A DNA stretch of 64,000 nucleotides, taken from Chlamydiales bacterium. Lineage in GTDB: Bacteria > Chlamydiota > Chlamydiia > Chlamydiales > JAAZZY01. Where the stretch lies: positions 32,001-96,000 of the forward strand of contig CBDBKM010000011.1 in assembly GCA_965206695.1 (NCBI GenBank), given 5' to 3'. Position 1 is the first letter of the stretch; every line of letters starts with the position of its first letter. Below are positions 12,314-22,553 of the stretch, one piece after another. The position numbers and the translations under genes were made by a program. The notes below the pieces were generated by a model that made no database searches, was not told where the DNA came from, and saw only the letters and a list, made by a program, of their open reading frames with translations.

Positions 12314-12417
12314 CCTTAAAACGCATAAAATATTAGCTTAATAAATTTTCTATTAACTACAGAGAAAAAAAGGAGTTTTTATCTTGTTTTTCTTTCATAA
12401 TAAATACTTATCAAGTA

Positions 12418-13400
12418 ATGGGTTATTTATACGTAAGCAGAGAAGGTTACTTGATGAAATCAATACTCATTTTAGAAGGCTATGGAGCTATTGAAAAAAA
12501 AATAGCCCTGATATTAGACAAAGAGTACCCTAACAAAGTTATTATCGCAGGAAGAGATTTACAAAAAGGTCAAGCCTTCATTATCAACCAATCCAAAACT
12601 TTAAAAATGAGGCGGTTGGACGCTAGTGGTGCAACCTCTTTAAAAGACAACGTAAGTGATGTTGATTTCATCATTAATACAATTGATCAGAAAGAACCTG
12701 TTGCTGCTCAAATATCTATTGAAAAAGGGTTAAAATATGCCGATGTGACAGCGCTTCTTTTACATACGGGACTCGCTCCTGAAATTTCGAACGTCATGGC
12801 TAAAACCGGAAAAAATGCTTTAAATCAAACTGATCTCATCATAACAATTTACAACGGAGATTTAGAAAGAGAAGCACTCCCTAACACATTAGATTATTTG
12901 CTGTTTACTAATACTCAAAAGACGGATGTCCTAAATGCTGACGGTTCTATATCTCAAGCCCTAACTTTAACAAGAAGCGATTTTTTTGATTCCACCGGAA
13001 ATAGAAAAGTTTGGCCAAGAATAGACGAATGCTTTTTTGGAAATATTCCGGGCGCTCTATTTTCTAAACTTGAATGTTCCATTGAACCCAAATCAATTAT
13101 GAAATAAACGGCTTTTTTGGCTCCATTGAAATTAACACCTTTATTGAAATATCCATGGATACGAAAATTAGCCACAAAGAGTTACCAATTTTACAAAAAA
13201 AATACTCTAATATTAAATAGTTATGGTTAGCTTTAGGACTTGAGGTCTCAAGTGGGGATAAGAAACAAGCCTATCGATTATTCGTCCACGATTCGGATAA
13301 ATGGACAGCAAAAGGGTTTGTTTTGATGGTTAAAATGCTTTATGCAGAATACGTTTTCTGAACAAGCCATTGAACCATTTAATGTTTTTAAAGCTTTAAA
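12418..13400 (+). pseudogene. Degraded saccharopine dehydrogenase-like oxidoreductase
   Basis: Degenerate Rossmann ILEGYGAI..IIAGRD, GLAPEISNV; coding-like sequence continues in broken frames after 13107. Confidence 0.6.
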
Positions 13401-13509
13401 GACCATGGGATTGAAGATTTCTATTGAGAGCTCCCGATTTTAAGATAAAGCACCTTTATGACAAAATAGTCACTTGGATTACTTTTAAAATGTTTAAGTA
13501 AGGAAAAAT

Positions 13510-15111
13510 ATGGATACCCGGGAAAAACTCAAAGAACTTTTAGAAACATTCGTAGCTAAAATACGCTCTAAATCAGAACAAGTTAATCGTGCTGTTTGGC
13601 TTTTAGAAACAACTGAATCTGAAGATGCAGCCTTTTTACTGGCCACTTTAGAAGCTGAGCTGAAAATTTTATATAGCGATCCTACTATCTATGATAAATT
13701 AACGAGCTTAGATCAAGATGAATCCATTACCAATCCCTTACTCAAGCGCGTCTTAAATGTTTTAATCCGATCTTTTAAATCCAATATGCTTCCGGAAGAG
13801 ATGATTAAAGAGATTTCTACAAAAGAAGCTTTATTATCTCAAGCGTATGGAACCTTTAGACCCACCTTCGAAGGGAAAAAAGTCTCTGAAAATGATCTCT
13901 TAGATATTTTAAAAAATGAAAACGATATCGATCGAAGAAAACGGACATGGGCCGCCTCAAAAGAAATTGGGAATCATTTAGCTCCACAAATTCTTAAAAT
14001 AGTTAAACTACGTAATAATGCTGCTCACCGATTAGGTTATAGTGATTATTATTCCATGCAGCTTGAGTTGCAAGAAGTTGATAAAAAATGGCTCTTATCT
14101 ATTTTTAATGAATTAGCCGAAGCCTCTCAGGAAGCTTATCGTTCAACTCTAAATCACATTAACGCACAACTGGCTAATCGATATAAAGTACCTATTATGT
14201 CATTAGGTCCTTGGGCCTGGAGTGATCCTTTTTGCCAAGAAGACCCTCTTGCTAGTGATTTTGGATTTGATAATCTATTAGAAGAAATTGATACCGTAAA
14301 AGTCTGTCAAGATTTCTATCACACAATCCGCTTACATATAAAAAACATTATCCCACAAAGCGATCTCTTTGAAAGACAAAACAAAAACCAACATGCTTTT
14401 TGTCTCCACCTCGATCGCTATGATGATGTCAGGATATTAGCGAATATCCGCCCCTCTTTCCGTTGGTTGGATACCATGCTACATGAATTGGGTCATGGAG
14501 TATACGATCTGGGTTATGATCCTCAACTCCCTTGGATTTTAAGAGACCCTCCTCATATGATTACCACAGAGGCTATGGCTTTGATTGCCGGCAGACAAGC
14601 TTACGACCCTCGCTATTTACAAGCCATTCTGCCAAATGTAAAAGGGTTAGAAAAAATACTACGGCAAATCAAAGAAAGCCAAAATAGACGTCAGCTTTTA
14701 TTTAGCCGGTGGGTTATGGTTATGGTACATTTTGAAGCTAACTTGTACGCTAATCCGGAACAAGACCTCAATGCCCTTTGGTGGTCTTTGGTACAAAAAT
14801 ATCAAGGCATTTGCCCACCGGCCCGTATAGAACAAAATGATTGGGCCACTAAATACCATATTGGGTTAGCACCGGTTTATTACCATAGTTATCTTTTAGG
14901 CGAGATGTTTGCGTCTATGCTACAAGAAACTCTTTTTGAAATAACCAATACGACCGGTCTTTATGGAAATGAAAAGGTAGGCGCTTTCTTACAAGAAAAA
15001 CTTTTCCGACCGGGCAATCGTTTTTCATGGAATAAGCTCATTCAATATTGCACACAAAAAGAATTAGAAGGCGGAGCTTGGCTTCGAGAATTCGCAACAC
15101 CAAAGTTATAG
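13510..15111 (+). CDS. M3/M2-like zinc oligopeptidase
   Basis: HELGH zinc motif, downstream TEAMA, HIGLAPVYYHSY. Confidence 0.85.
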   Translation: MDTREKLKELLETFVAKIRSKSEQVNRAVWLLETTESEDAAFLLATLEAELKILYSDPTIYDKLTSLDQDESITNPLLKRVLNVLIRSFKSNMLPEEMIKEISTKEALLSQAYGTFRPTFEGKKVSENDLLDILKNENDIDRRKRTWAASKEIGNHLAPQILKIVKLRNNAAHRLGYSDYYSMQLELQEVDKKWLLSIFNELAEASQEAYRSTLNHINAQLANRYKVPIMSLGPWAWSDPFCQEDPLASDFGFDNLLEEIDTVKVCQDFYHTIRLHIKNIIPQSDLFERQNKNQHAFCLHLDRYDDVRILANIRPSFRWLDTMLHELGHGVYDLGYDPQLPWILRDPPHMITTEAMALIAGRQAYDPRYLQAILPNVKGLEKILRQIKESQNRRQLLFSRWVMVMVHFEANLYANPEQDLNALWWSLVQKYQGICPPARIEQNDWATKYHIGLAPVYYHSYLLGEMFASMLQETLFEITNTTGLYGNEKVGAFLQEKLFRPGNRFSWNKLIQYCTQKELEGGAWLREFATPKL

Positions 15112-15114
15112 CTC

Positions 15115-15846
15115 ATGAATATCTTACGTTTTGAACTAAACACAATTGATTCTACACAAAATTGGGCTAAAGAAAATGCTCCTCAATTTAGCCGGGATAA
15201 TTTTGTTATCATTACGGCTAATACTCAAACAGCAGGAAGGGGCAGGCAAAAAAAAATTTGGTACTCTCCACCCAATTGCAATATCTATATGACCTTTTCA
15301 TTTTGTCTTAAAAAAAGACATGACCTATGCAGTATTACCCTTATGCTGGCTGTTATTACAGCCAAATGGTTCAAAACAATAGGATTGGAGCCTCAAATCA
15401 AATGGCCTAACGATATCTTGATTCATAATCAAAAAATAGCAGGTATTTTAGCAGAAACCACAAGTGAGAAAGATTTCATTCGCATCTTTTTAGGTATTGG
15501 CATCAATATTAATATGAGTGAAGAGGATTGTAAAAAAATTGATCAGCCGACGACTTCATTAAGATGTTTGAGTCATAAAGATTGGGATATTAATGAGATT
15601 ATAACCCTTCTAAGTCAAAATGTTCGAAAAGAGCTCAAAGCTTTTGAATCAAATGGATTTGCCGGCTTTGTCAATGACTTTGAACCATTGTGTATGCATA
15701 CCAATAAAACATTAACGATTGATGACGGGCACAAACATTGGACCGGGGTTTACAAAAAGATCAATTCCGATGGCTCTCTTTTGGTGGAATTAACAGATGG
15801 CTCTACCAAATCTTTTGCAAGCGCTACGATTATAAATCAGGAGTAA
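15115..15846 (+). CDS. birA: Biotin-[acetyl-CoA carboxylase] ligase (no HTH)
   Basis: DSTQ, QTAGRGR, KWPND, KIAGIL, GIGIN. Confidence 0.95.
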   Translation: MNILRFELNTIDSTQNWAKENAPQFSRDNFVIITANTQTAGRGRQKKIWYSPPNCNIYMTFSFCLKKRHDLCSITLMLAVITAKWFKTIGLEPQIKWPNDILIHNQKIAGILAETTSEKDFIRIFLGIGININMSEEDCKKIDQPTTSLRCLSHKDWDINEIITLLSQNVRKELKAFESNGFAGFVNDFEPLCMHTNKTLTIDDGHKHWTGVYKKINSDGSLLVELTDGSTKSFASATIINQE

Positions 15847-16609
15847 CTTCTAAGTCAGGGTCAATGCGTGCTCTTAAAACTTGCTGAATAAAAGATAGAG
15901 TTGCCCCCGTTGCTGAAAAACATGTCGTGCAAGTACCTTGATACGCAATAATAACTTCTCTATCTTCTTTGAGGCTGATGACCTCTACCCCTCCGGCATC
16001 CATTTCAATATAGGGCCTAATTTCCCGATCTATAACATCTTCAATCACAGCTATTTTTTTAGCCAACGGCAACTCCTTCCAGCCCGGATATCCCTCACCT
16101 GCCATAGGTAATCCCATATCTTCTTGTGCGATAGGAGGTGCGACATAATTTTTAGCTAAAGGAATATCCATACAGGTCTTACAAAGCATCTGCAAAGCTT
16201 CTAAAGCTAAGCCAACATGCGCTAGAGTATCTTCCGGAAAAGCTTGGACATCATTTTTATCTCGAAAATGTTTATCAACTAAATCTATACTTAACCTGGA
16301 GGCTTGATCGTAATTTCTGCCTATAGCCAAATCACAAACCCCTTCACCCGCTCCTATTAAGGCCGATTCCCCAATCAATTGAAATTTTAAATCCACAATC
16401 ACACCATCTGCCGGATCGACTAATGAGTATAAATAAATGATATTTCCCTCTTCAATATTACCTGCAACACCGGCCGCAAAACGAAAAACACAAGCATCTG
16501 CCTCATCTTTAGTGAAGACACCGACTGAACGAGGCTTATCAATTTTTGATGCTAGTTTCTTACTATATTTAGCCCAAGGAAAGGGCTTGATTAGCATATT
16601 TAAACTCAT
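15830..16609 (-). CDS. nifU: NifU-like protein with C-terminal Nfu domain
   Basis: IRPYIEMDAGGVE..YQGTCTTC (Nfu CxxC); degenerate IscU-like N-terminus. Confidence 0.85.
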   Translation of the reverse strand: MSLNMLIKPFPWAKYSKKLASKIDKPRSVGVFTKDEADACVFRFAAGVAGNIEEGNIIYLYSLVDPADGVIVDLKFQLIGESALIGAGEGVCDLAIGRNYDQASRLSIDLVDKHFRDKNDVQAFPEDTLAHVGLALEALQMLCKTCMDIPLAKNYVAPPIAQEDMGLPMAGEGYPGWKELPLAKKIAVIEDVIDREIRPYIEMDAGGVEVISLKEDREVIIAYQGTCTTCFSATGATLSFIQQVLRARIDPDLEVTPDL

Positions 16610-16614
16610 TGATT

Positions 16615-17775
16615 CTATCCTAAAATATGCTCAGACATTTTTTTTAAACGCTTAACTTGTTCGATAATGATATGACAGGCTTGATCAATTTCTTTTTCTT
16701 TCGTGTAACGAGAAAAAGCAAAGGAAATCGCACTGTCAGCCTTTAAGCGCTCAACACCACTTGCTCTTAAGACTAAACTTAGCTTTTGAAAAACTCCACC
16801 CCCAAAATTGGCATATACTTTTTTTCGATTCAAAGCATACAAAAGATTTTCAGCAATCATTCCCGGAAATGAGATAACCGTTGTATTAGGCAAACTCATA
16901 ATATCTTGAAAATGTATCTGAGCATCGGGCTGTTCTTTTAAAATCGTTTCTTCAAATTTTGCTCTTAGACGAACTACCTCGGTACACATATAGTCCAGAT
17001 GTTCATGCATCTCTTCGCAAGCGATACCCAAAGCAACGAGGCCGGGTGTATTAATAACACCGGCTCTTTTTCCCCCTTGCTCCGGTCCACCAATAATAAA
17101 AGGACTAAGATCAATACCTTCTCGAATATATAAGCCTCCCGTACCTTTAGGAGCATGTAAATGATCTCCATTAAACGTAATAAAATCCGCTCCAATTTCT
17201 TTAACATCAAAAAAAGATTTACCCAAGACATAAGAAGCATCTAAATGGAATAAAATACCTCGCTGTTTTAACACATCAGCGATCTCATTAACAGGGTTTA
17301 TTACGCCTGTTAACCCATTCGCCCATGCTAGTGACACCAACGCAGTTCTAGGACTAATTGCTTCACTAATAGCCTTAGCATCAACAAATCCCTTATCATT
17401 AACTTCTATTAAGTTCGTTTTACATCCCAATTCTTCCAGATGTGATAAGGACATAATAATAGGGGCTTCATCAACTGAAGAAGTAATAAAATGATTTTTA
17501 CCTTCCTGCCTAACAATGTCGTAATATACACCCTTTATCACATGGTTCACCGCTTCCGGTCCTGATGAAGTAAATAGGACGGTATCACGATCAGTTGCTC
17601 CTAATAATTGATATATTTGTTTATAAGCTTTTTCCATAGCCGGTAACAATTGTTGTCCCATTGAATGAGGCTGAACATAAGAGCCCCAATTATCATAGAA
17701 ATAAGGCTTCATTGCTGAAATGGCTTTTTCGGAAGGTTTGGTCGTCGTGTGGTTATCTAAGTAAATCCCTAACAT
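16615..17775 (-). CDS. NifS/IscS-like protein, catalytically degenerate (likely start ATG 17775)
   Basis: IYLDNHTTT, FTSSG, NGLTG, FHLDA, QGGKRAG; PLP Lys and catalytic Cys not seen. Confidence 0.85.
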   Translation of the reverse strand: MLGIYLDNHTTTKPSEKAISAMKPYFYDNWGSYVQPHSMGQQLLPAMEKAYKQIYQLLGATDRDTVLFTSSGPEAVNHVIKGVYYDIVRQEGKNHFITSSVDEAPIIMSLSHLEELGCKTNLIEVNDKGFVDAKAISEAISPRTALVSLAWANGLTGVINPVNEIADVLKQRGILFHLDASYVLGKSFFDVKEIGADFITFNGDHLHAPKGTGGLYIREGIDLSPFIIGGPEQGGKRAGVINTPGLVALGIACEEMHEHLDYMCTEVVRLRAKFEETILKEQPDAQIHFQDIMSLPNTTVISFPGMIAENLLYALNRKKVYANFGGGVFQKLSLVLRASGVERLKADSAISFAFSRYTKEKEIDQACHIIIEQVKRLKKMSEHILG

Positions 17776-17779
17776 CTTG

Positions 17780-18454
17780 TTAAATCTTTTGAAATTGATC
17801 TTGGGCATATTTATAAATAATCGGATCCCCTGTAGGAATCTCGAGTTTTACGATATCTTTTTGGCTTATATTTTCAATATCCATTGTAATAGAACGCAAA
17901 GAATTTCCATGAGCTGCTATAAATACCGTCTTACCTTCTTTAAGATAAGGCAGAATAACTTTCTCAAAATAGGGAATGGTTCTTTCTACTGTAAGCTTAA
18001 GACTTTCTCCTCCGGGAGGGCTTATATCATAGCTGCGTCTCCAGATATGTACTTGTTCATCACCAAATTTTTCTCGTGTACCCTGCTTATTTAATCCTTG
18101 CAGTTCTCCATACATACGCTCATTTAATTGCCAGGCATAAAAGACCGGAATACAGTTATCTAAAGCCTCTTGATTATAACATTTACTCCATTCAGAAGTT
18201 TTACCTCCTTCCCGGTGGTTAACCACTAAAGGCTTATTGGAACTATGCTCTATCATAGCCAACATGGCTGTCATCTGAGCACGAGCTAAAGTAGAAGAAA
18301 AAATAACGTCTATAGGGATATCTTTAATTTTTTCCCCGCCTTCTAAGGCCTCATCCATACCCTCTTTGCTTAAAGAGATGTCCACCCAGCCGGTGAATTG
18401 ATTAAGCTTATTCCATTGAGATTGACCATGCCGCATTAAAATGAGCTTCCCCAT
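17780..18454 (-). CDS. gpmA: 2,3-BPG-dependent phosphoglycerate mutase
   Basis: LMRHGQSQWN, LNERMYGELQG, AAHGNSLR. Confidence 0.95.
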   Translation of the reverse strand: MGKLILMRHGQSQWNKLNQFTGWVDISLSKEGMDEALEGGEKIKDIPIDVIFSSTLARAQMTAMLAMIEHSSNKPLVVNHREGGKTSEWSKCYNQEALDNCIPVFYAWQLNERMYGELQGLNKQGTREKFGDEQVHIWRRSYDISPPGGESLKLTVERTIPYFEKVILPYLKEGKTVFIAAHGNSLRSITMDIENISQKDIVKLEIPTGDPIIYKYAQDQFQKI

Positions 18455-18518
18455 CTTACATCCTTTTACAAGTTTTTAGTCAAGGTATACAATAAAGATG
18501 AACACTTTTCCATAAAAA

Positions 18519-18687
18519 AGACTTCTGCATAACTGACTTGATAATATTTTTTACAACTCACTGATTGTCTAAACTTATTTTTCATTTATTTTGATAAGTT
18601 TTATAATAAGCAGTTGTTTTATTCCGGGTGCAAAGCATCGCATAAGCGCCAAGAATCGTTGCCGGAAATCAGTTATGTAGAGGGTCT
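18519..18687. mobile_element. MITE / internally deleted IS5-like element
   Basis: Imperfect TIRs AGACTTCTGCATAACTGA / TCAGTTATGTAGAGGGTCT; a similar end AGACCTTTGCATAACT occurs near 42267. Confidence 0.6.
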
Positions 18688-18846
18688 TTGCATAAAAAGC
18701 TCAAGATTTAACACTTTCTTTTTTTGAAAGGTCCTTCTCTAGCCTCTCGAGTCCTTCGTTGAACTCATCCACGCTTTTCCGATACCAAGTCAATCCGTTC
18801 TTATTAGGGTCAAACCTGTCAAGCCCCGTCATAGTCATGATGCGCT

Positions 18847-19362
18847 CTAGCGTTTGCCCGACACCCGCATCAATTTTTTTTGATCTCGACCAAGCTTCTT
18901 AAGTACATCCCGGTCATTTTGAGATAACTCTTTATTTAAACAATCCTTCCTAAGTGTCTCTAGCCTTTCCCTATATGATAACCACTCGGCATTCAAGCCC
19001 AACATTGTGTTGATCGCCATTGTTTGCTGAGCCCCGGGATTAGGTTCTATATCTAGCTTTCCTAGTTGTAAAATACTTAGCATGAGATATTTTGCTATAC
19101 ATTCGGGATTATAGCAAGGTCTATTATCTCCGGGTTGGTGCTCTTGAATCAAACGACGAAAACAGTTTATGTGTATGGGATGATTCTTTCCCTCCTGCCC
19201 CGTATGCTGTATAAAGACTTGCCCTGTCCCATCAGCCGGCTCCTTACATTTATCATAAAAACAGCCCTTGCTTACTACGCTAGCATCAGCTGTTCGTTCC
19301 AAGGTTTCTATATTAATTCCTATACTATTTTCTATTCCTATACTACTTTATATACTACTCAT
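18847..19362 (-). pseudogene. RING-finger-like putative effector, premature stop at codon 5
   Basis: ATG 19362 is in frame with the 18847-19302 ORF but TAA at 19350-19348; Cys/His pattern CFYDKC..HPIHINC..CYNPEC. Confidence 0.55.
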
Positions 19363-19711
19363 GAACTTAACTCCCACTTAATTGCTGTTTATACTAAATA
19401 ATTGTTTATATTAAAATTAATAGTAAACAAAAATTGTTAATTAAATATTAAGATTGTACGTGTTTTTAGAACTACACAGGTAAAGCTTGACCCTCTAGAA
19501 TTAACCTGTTTGAGATGTATGGGAAACAAAGGATATTCGCGTTTAATAGCACGGATAAAATAATTAAAAAAAATATTAATAAGATAATAATATTAATAAG
19601 ATAATAATAGAAATATTTTTGTTGAAAAAAAGAACCCTGATAAACACATTCTGAAAAACTCCGCTTTAAAAAGTCCCGGAGATGTTTATAGGGTTCTCAA
19701 GGTACAGTATT

Positions 19712-19880
19712 ATGATGAAAGACTTAAATCAAGCACATCGTTTCAATGTTAGAAAAAAAATTGTTCAATATGCTCAGGATAAAGGCATTCGGTCTGCCGT
19801 AAAAAATGAGGCGTAGCCGGAAATACCGGTCGTACTTGGTTGCGGCGTTTTGAGCAAGAGGGTAATAAGGGATTAAACAA
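19712..19880 (+). pseudogene. Transposase HTH remnant (IS481/IS630-like)
   Basis: RKKIVQYAQDKGIRSAV...TWLRRFEQEGNKGL in broken frames. Confidence 0.5.
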
Positions 19881-20089
19881 CTATATGCGACGAAGGAAGG
19901 AGGCGGTTTTTAACTTTTTTAAAATATAAAAGCGAGAGGTACGGGAGAAATATAGTAGAATTAGACCACTATTTTCCCGGTACACAAAAGTGTTCTGCAT
20001 GCGGTCATAAACAAGGGAAAAAATCCCCCGACATAAGAACTTGGGAGTACTCAAATTGTAAAATCAAGCATGACAGAGATTTTAATATA
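19880..20089 (+). pseudogene. tnpB: TnpB C-terminal remnant interrupted by IS630-B
   Basis: FLTFLKYKSERYGRNIVELDHYFPGTQKCSACG...HDRDFN parallels TnpB at 49904-51007. Confidence 0.8.
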
Positions 20090-21245
20090 TATACTGCTCG
20101 CAGCTGAATCAGAAAATTCATCTTGAAGGACAATTAATATGATTAATAATAATTTTTTGAAAAATTATCGTTAATTCTTTGACCTAATTGCTCTTTCATT
20201 TTTGGGATTTCTTCAAAAAAGAACGTTCGGATAGTGTCACTGAAGTCAATAAATTTCTCGTAGCACTTATTGTAAGTTTTTTTCTCCCTCATCACCTTCC
20301 GGAACCTCTCTATTGGATTCAAATGGGGCGAGTACGGAGACAGGTAATGGATTGTCATCTTTGATGTAATAAGAAATTCATTAATCTTTTTGTTTTTATT
20401 GGATCGACCATTATCACAAATAATCTGAATGGATTCTGCACCGGATGACTTTTCCAAATCTTTTAAAAAATTTATTACATTATCGGCATTTATCGTATCA
20501 TATTTTTGTGCAAAGACTTCCGTCTTAGCAGGCGATAAAGCTCCTACAAAATGCATTCTAAATTATTTGTTCGTAGTCGGGAGCGTTTGTATCTCTCCCT
20601 TCTTTATCCGGCCGGATACGGCTTGAGACCGGAATTCAGGATGCACTGCATCCAAAAAATACATTCTCCCGCCTTTTCCTAATGCAGCTTTCAAGCTCAT
20701 GTATGACTCTATAAAATCTTGTTGCCTTTGTGGATCTAACTTTCCCGGAACTTTCAAAGGCTCTTGTTAGGTAAACGCATGATCTTTGAGCCAAGAGGTT
20801 ATTCCGGATACTGAATAGATGATGTTATATCGTTCTTTGATGTATTTACAGATTTGTTTTGCATGAAAATAGGTGAATATTTGAAGGTGTTCCAACAACT
20901 TTTGCGTCCGTATTTTATTTAGCTTACCGGCGCTTCCGCCTTTAGGGGCGTGATTCGTTTTGTCAACGCTTCGTATTCCGTTAAATATCGATATACGGCT
21001 GCTATAGCTATTCGATGAGCTTGAGTGATTGATTCGGGAGGCATTCCTTCGCTTCTTGCTAAAATCACACATAAACGTAATCATTCATGTATATTACGAG
21101 TGTTTCTTGCGCGATTCTCAAGGTTAGATTTTTCTTTTGGTAAAAGTTGTATTTATGATGTAGATCAAAATTTAAAAAAGTAAGGTTACTCAATCACTAA
21201 CTAATTTTTCCACACAATTTCTCTGATTCAGCTGCGAGCACTATA
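20090..21245 (-). mobile_element. IS630-B copy 1 (inactivated)
   Basis: TIRs TACTGCTCGCAGCTGAATCAGA / TCTGATTCAGCTGCGAGCACTA; fragmented transposase (FLDAVHP, CDNGR, YSPHLNPIE). Confidence 0.92.
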
Positions 21246-21282
21246 TACATATTAATATAAAGGAATCTTGAATCTTCAACAG

Positions 21283-21310
21283 AAGGCCTTAAAGCAGTTT
21301 TTAAGGCCTT
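21283..21310 (-). terminator. Possible intrinsic terminator downstream of the patatin gene
   Basis: Hairpin AAGGCCTTAAA-N6-TTTAAGGCCTT. Confidence 0.4.
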
Positions 21311-21356
21311 TAATGTGTCCTACTATGGTTATATTAAATACAACGGATTTGCCACC

Positions 21357-22400
21357 CTATTGTAAGGCTAAATTTATGGGGTATTGATATATATAATTCT
21401 GTTCAATATTAGTGTTTACCCAATTACAAAGATCTATCCATTCCTTATGATTATTAGCAATAAACGCTGTAGTAAAATTAATAAGATCGTTTATGCGTTC
21501 ATAATCATCTAAAGCAATATCTTCCGACAACTCAAGAGTGACTCTTTTATACCTATCACCAAGTATAATAGAACATATTTGGTCAGATAACTGATATTGG
21601 AGATCCATAGAGATACTCAACAAAGGTAAATGTGGGCCGGATTCTCCACCGGATAAAAGCCATTGATAATCCCCCCAATCTTCATCACCTTTAATAAACT
21701 CCCGATTATAACCACTTCCTAATGAAAGCAAATAGAAATCATCTAACTTCTTTTCTCTTCCACCATATGCCAATGCAAGAGCCCCAATAGAGGGGTTTGG
21801 CATTCCTATACCACCATCAATACAACCATTATAAGACTTAAAGTAGGTCGGTGCCGCTGTTGTCTCTAATAAAGCATCTATAACTTGAACCCCTGCACAA
21901 TTATTAGTAATATTTTCTCTAAAAGCAATGCGCCACCGCTTGACTTCTTTATTATATAATTCTACAACCGGAATCACAACTTTTCTAGGTAAATCAGATA
22001 ATAACACACTCTTTGAATAACCTGCTGAAGCTAAAATTTTTTCAATATTATATCTCAACTTTTCAGCATCATATTTAGCGCTAAATAAACCTATTGATGG
22101 CTCACTAAAAACATCAGCACTTAATGCTTTATAATATTCCATGATTTTTTCTAATTCAATTCCACAAGCTAAAAAAACAGCAATAATAGCTCCCGTAGAT
22201 GTTCCGGTAAAGACATCAAAATCATTATAACAATTCAAAGATGAGTCTTTTTCTAATACTTCTAAAAATTCAAGTGCCACTACACCACGAACACCCCCTC
22301 CATCGATAGATAAAATGCGCGTTTTATCTTTAGGGACAGCTTCAGAATAAACAGAAGAAAAAAGAAATAAAAAAAATAATACTCTAAAAAACATATTCAC
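21357..22400 (-). CDS. Patatin-like phospholipase with N-terminal signal-peptide-like segment
   Basis: LSIDGGGVRG, GTSTG nucleophile, AAPTYF, DGG, LSLGSG. Confidence 0.92.
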   Translation of the reverse strand: MNMFFRVLFFLFLFSSVYSEAVPKDKTRILSIDGGGVRGVVALEFLEVLEKDSSLNCYNDFDVFTGTSTGAIIAVFLACGIELEKIMEYYKALSADVFSEPSIGLFSAKYDAEKLRYNIEKILASAGYSKSVLLSDLPRKVVIPVVELYNKEVKRWRIAFRENITNNCAGVQVIDALLETTAAPTYFKSYNGCIDGGIGMPNPSIGALALAYGGREKKLDDFYLLSLGSGYNREFIKGDEDWGDYQWLLSGGESGPHLPLLSISMDLQYQLSDQICSIILGDRYKRVTLELSEDIALDDYERINDLINFTTAFIANNHKEWIDLCNWVNTNIEQNYIYQYPINLALQ

Positions 22401-22478
22401 ACTCTTTGATATTTTAAGAATCCAATACTATATGTACTATACACTTTTTTTAAAAATCAATTTAAGAAATTTCTTTAT

Positions 22479-22553
22479 GACACTCAAGCGAGAAAACCCT
22501 TTGCTGTAGCGTTGGGATGATAGCGTCTACTTGTTTTTTTGATTTTGTATATA
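22479..22553 (+). mobile_element. IS200/IS605 left end plus last tnpA codons (fragment 1)
   Basis: TTTAT|GACA start, AAAA before CCC..GGG hairpin, reverse strand encodes YIQNQKNK* like tnpA at 47422. Confidence 0.85.

Noticed and set aside
13454..13463. TTTATGACAA resembling an IS605 left-end start
   Set aside because: No hairpin or tnpA tail follows; likely chance in AT-rich DNA
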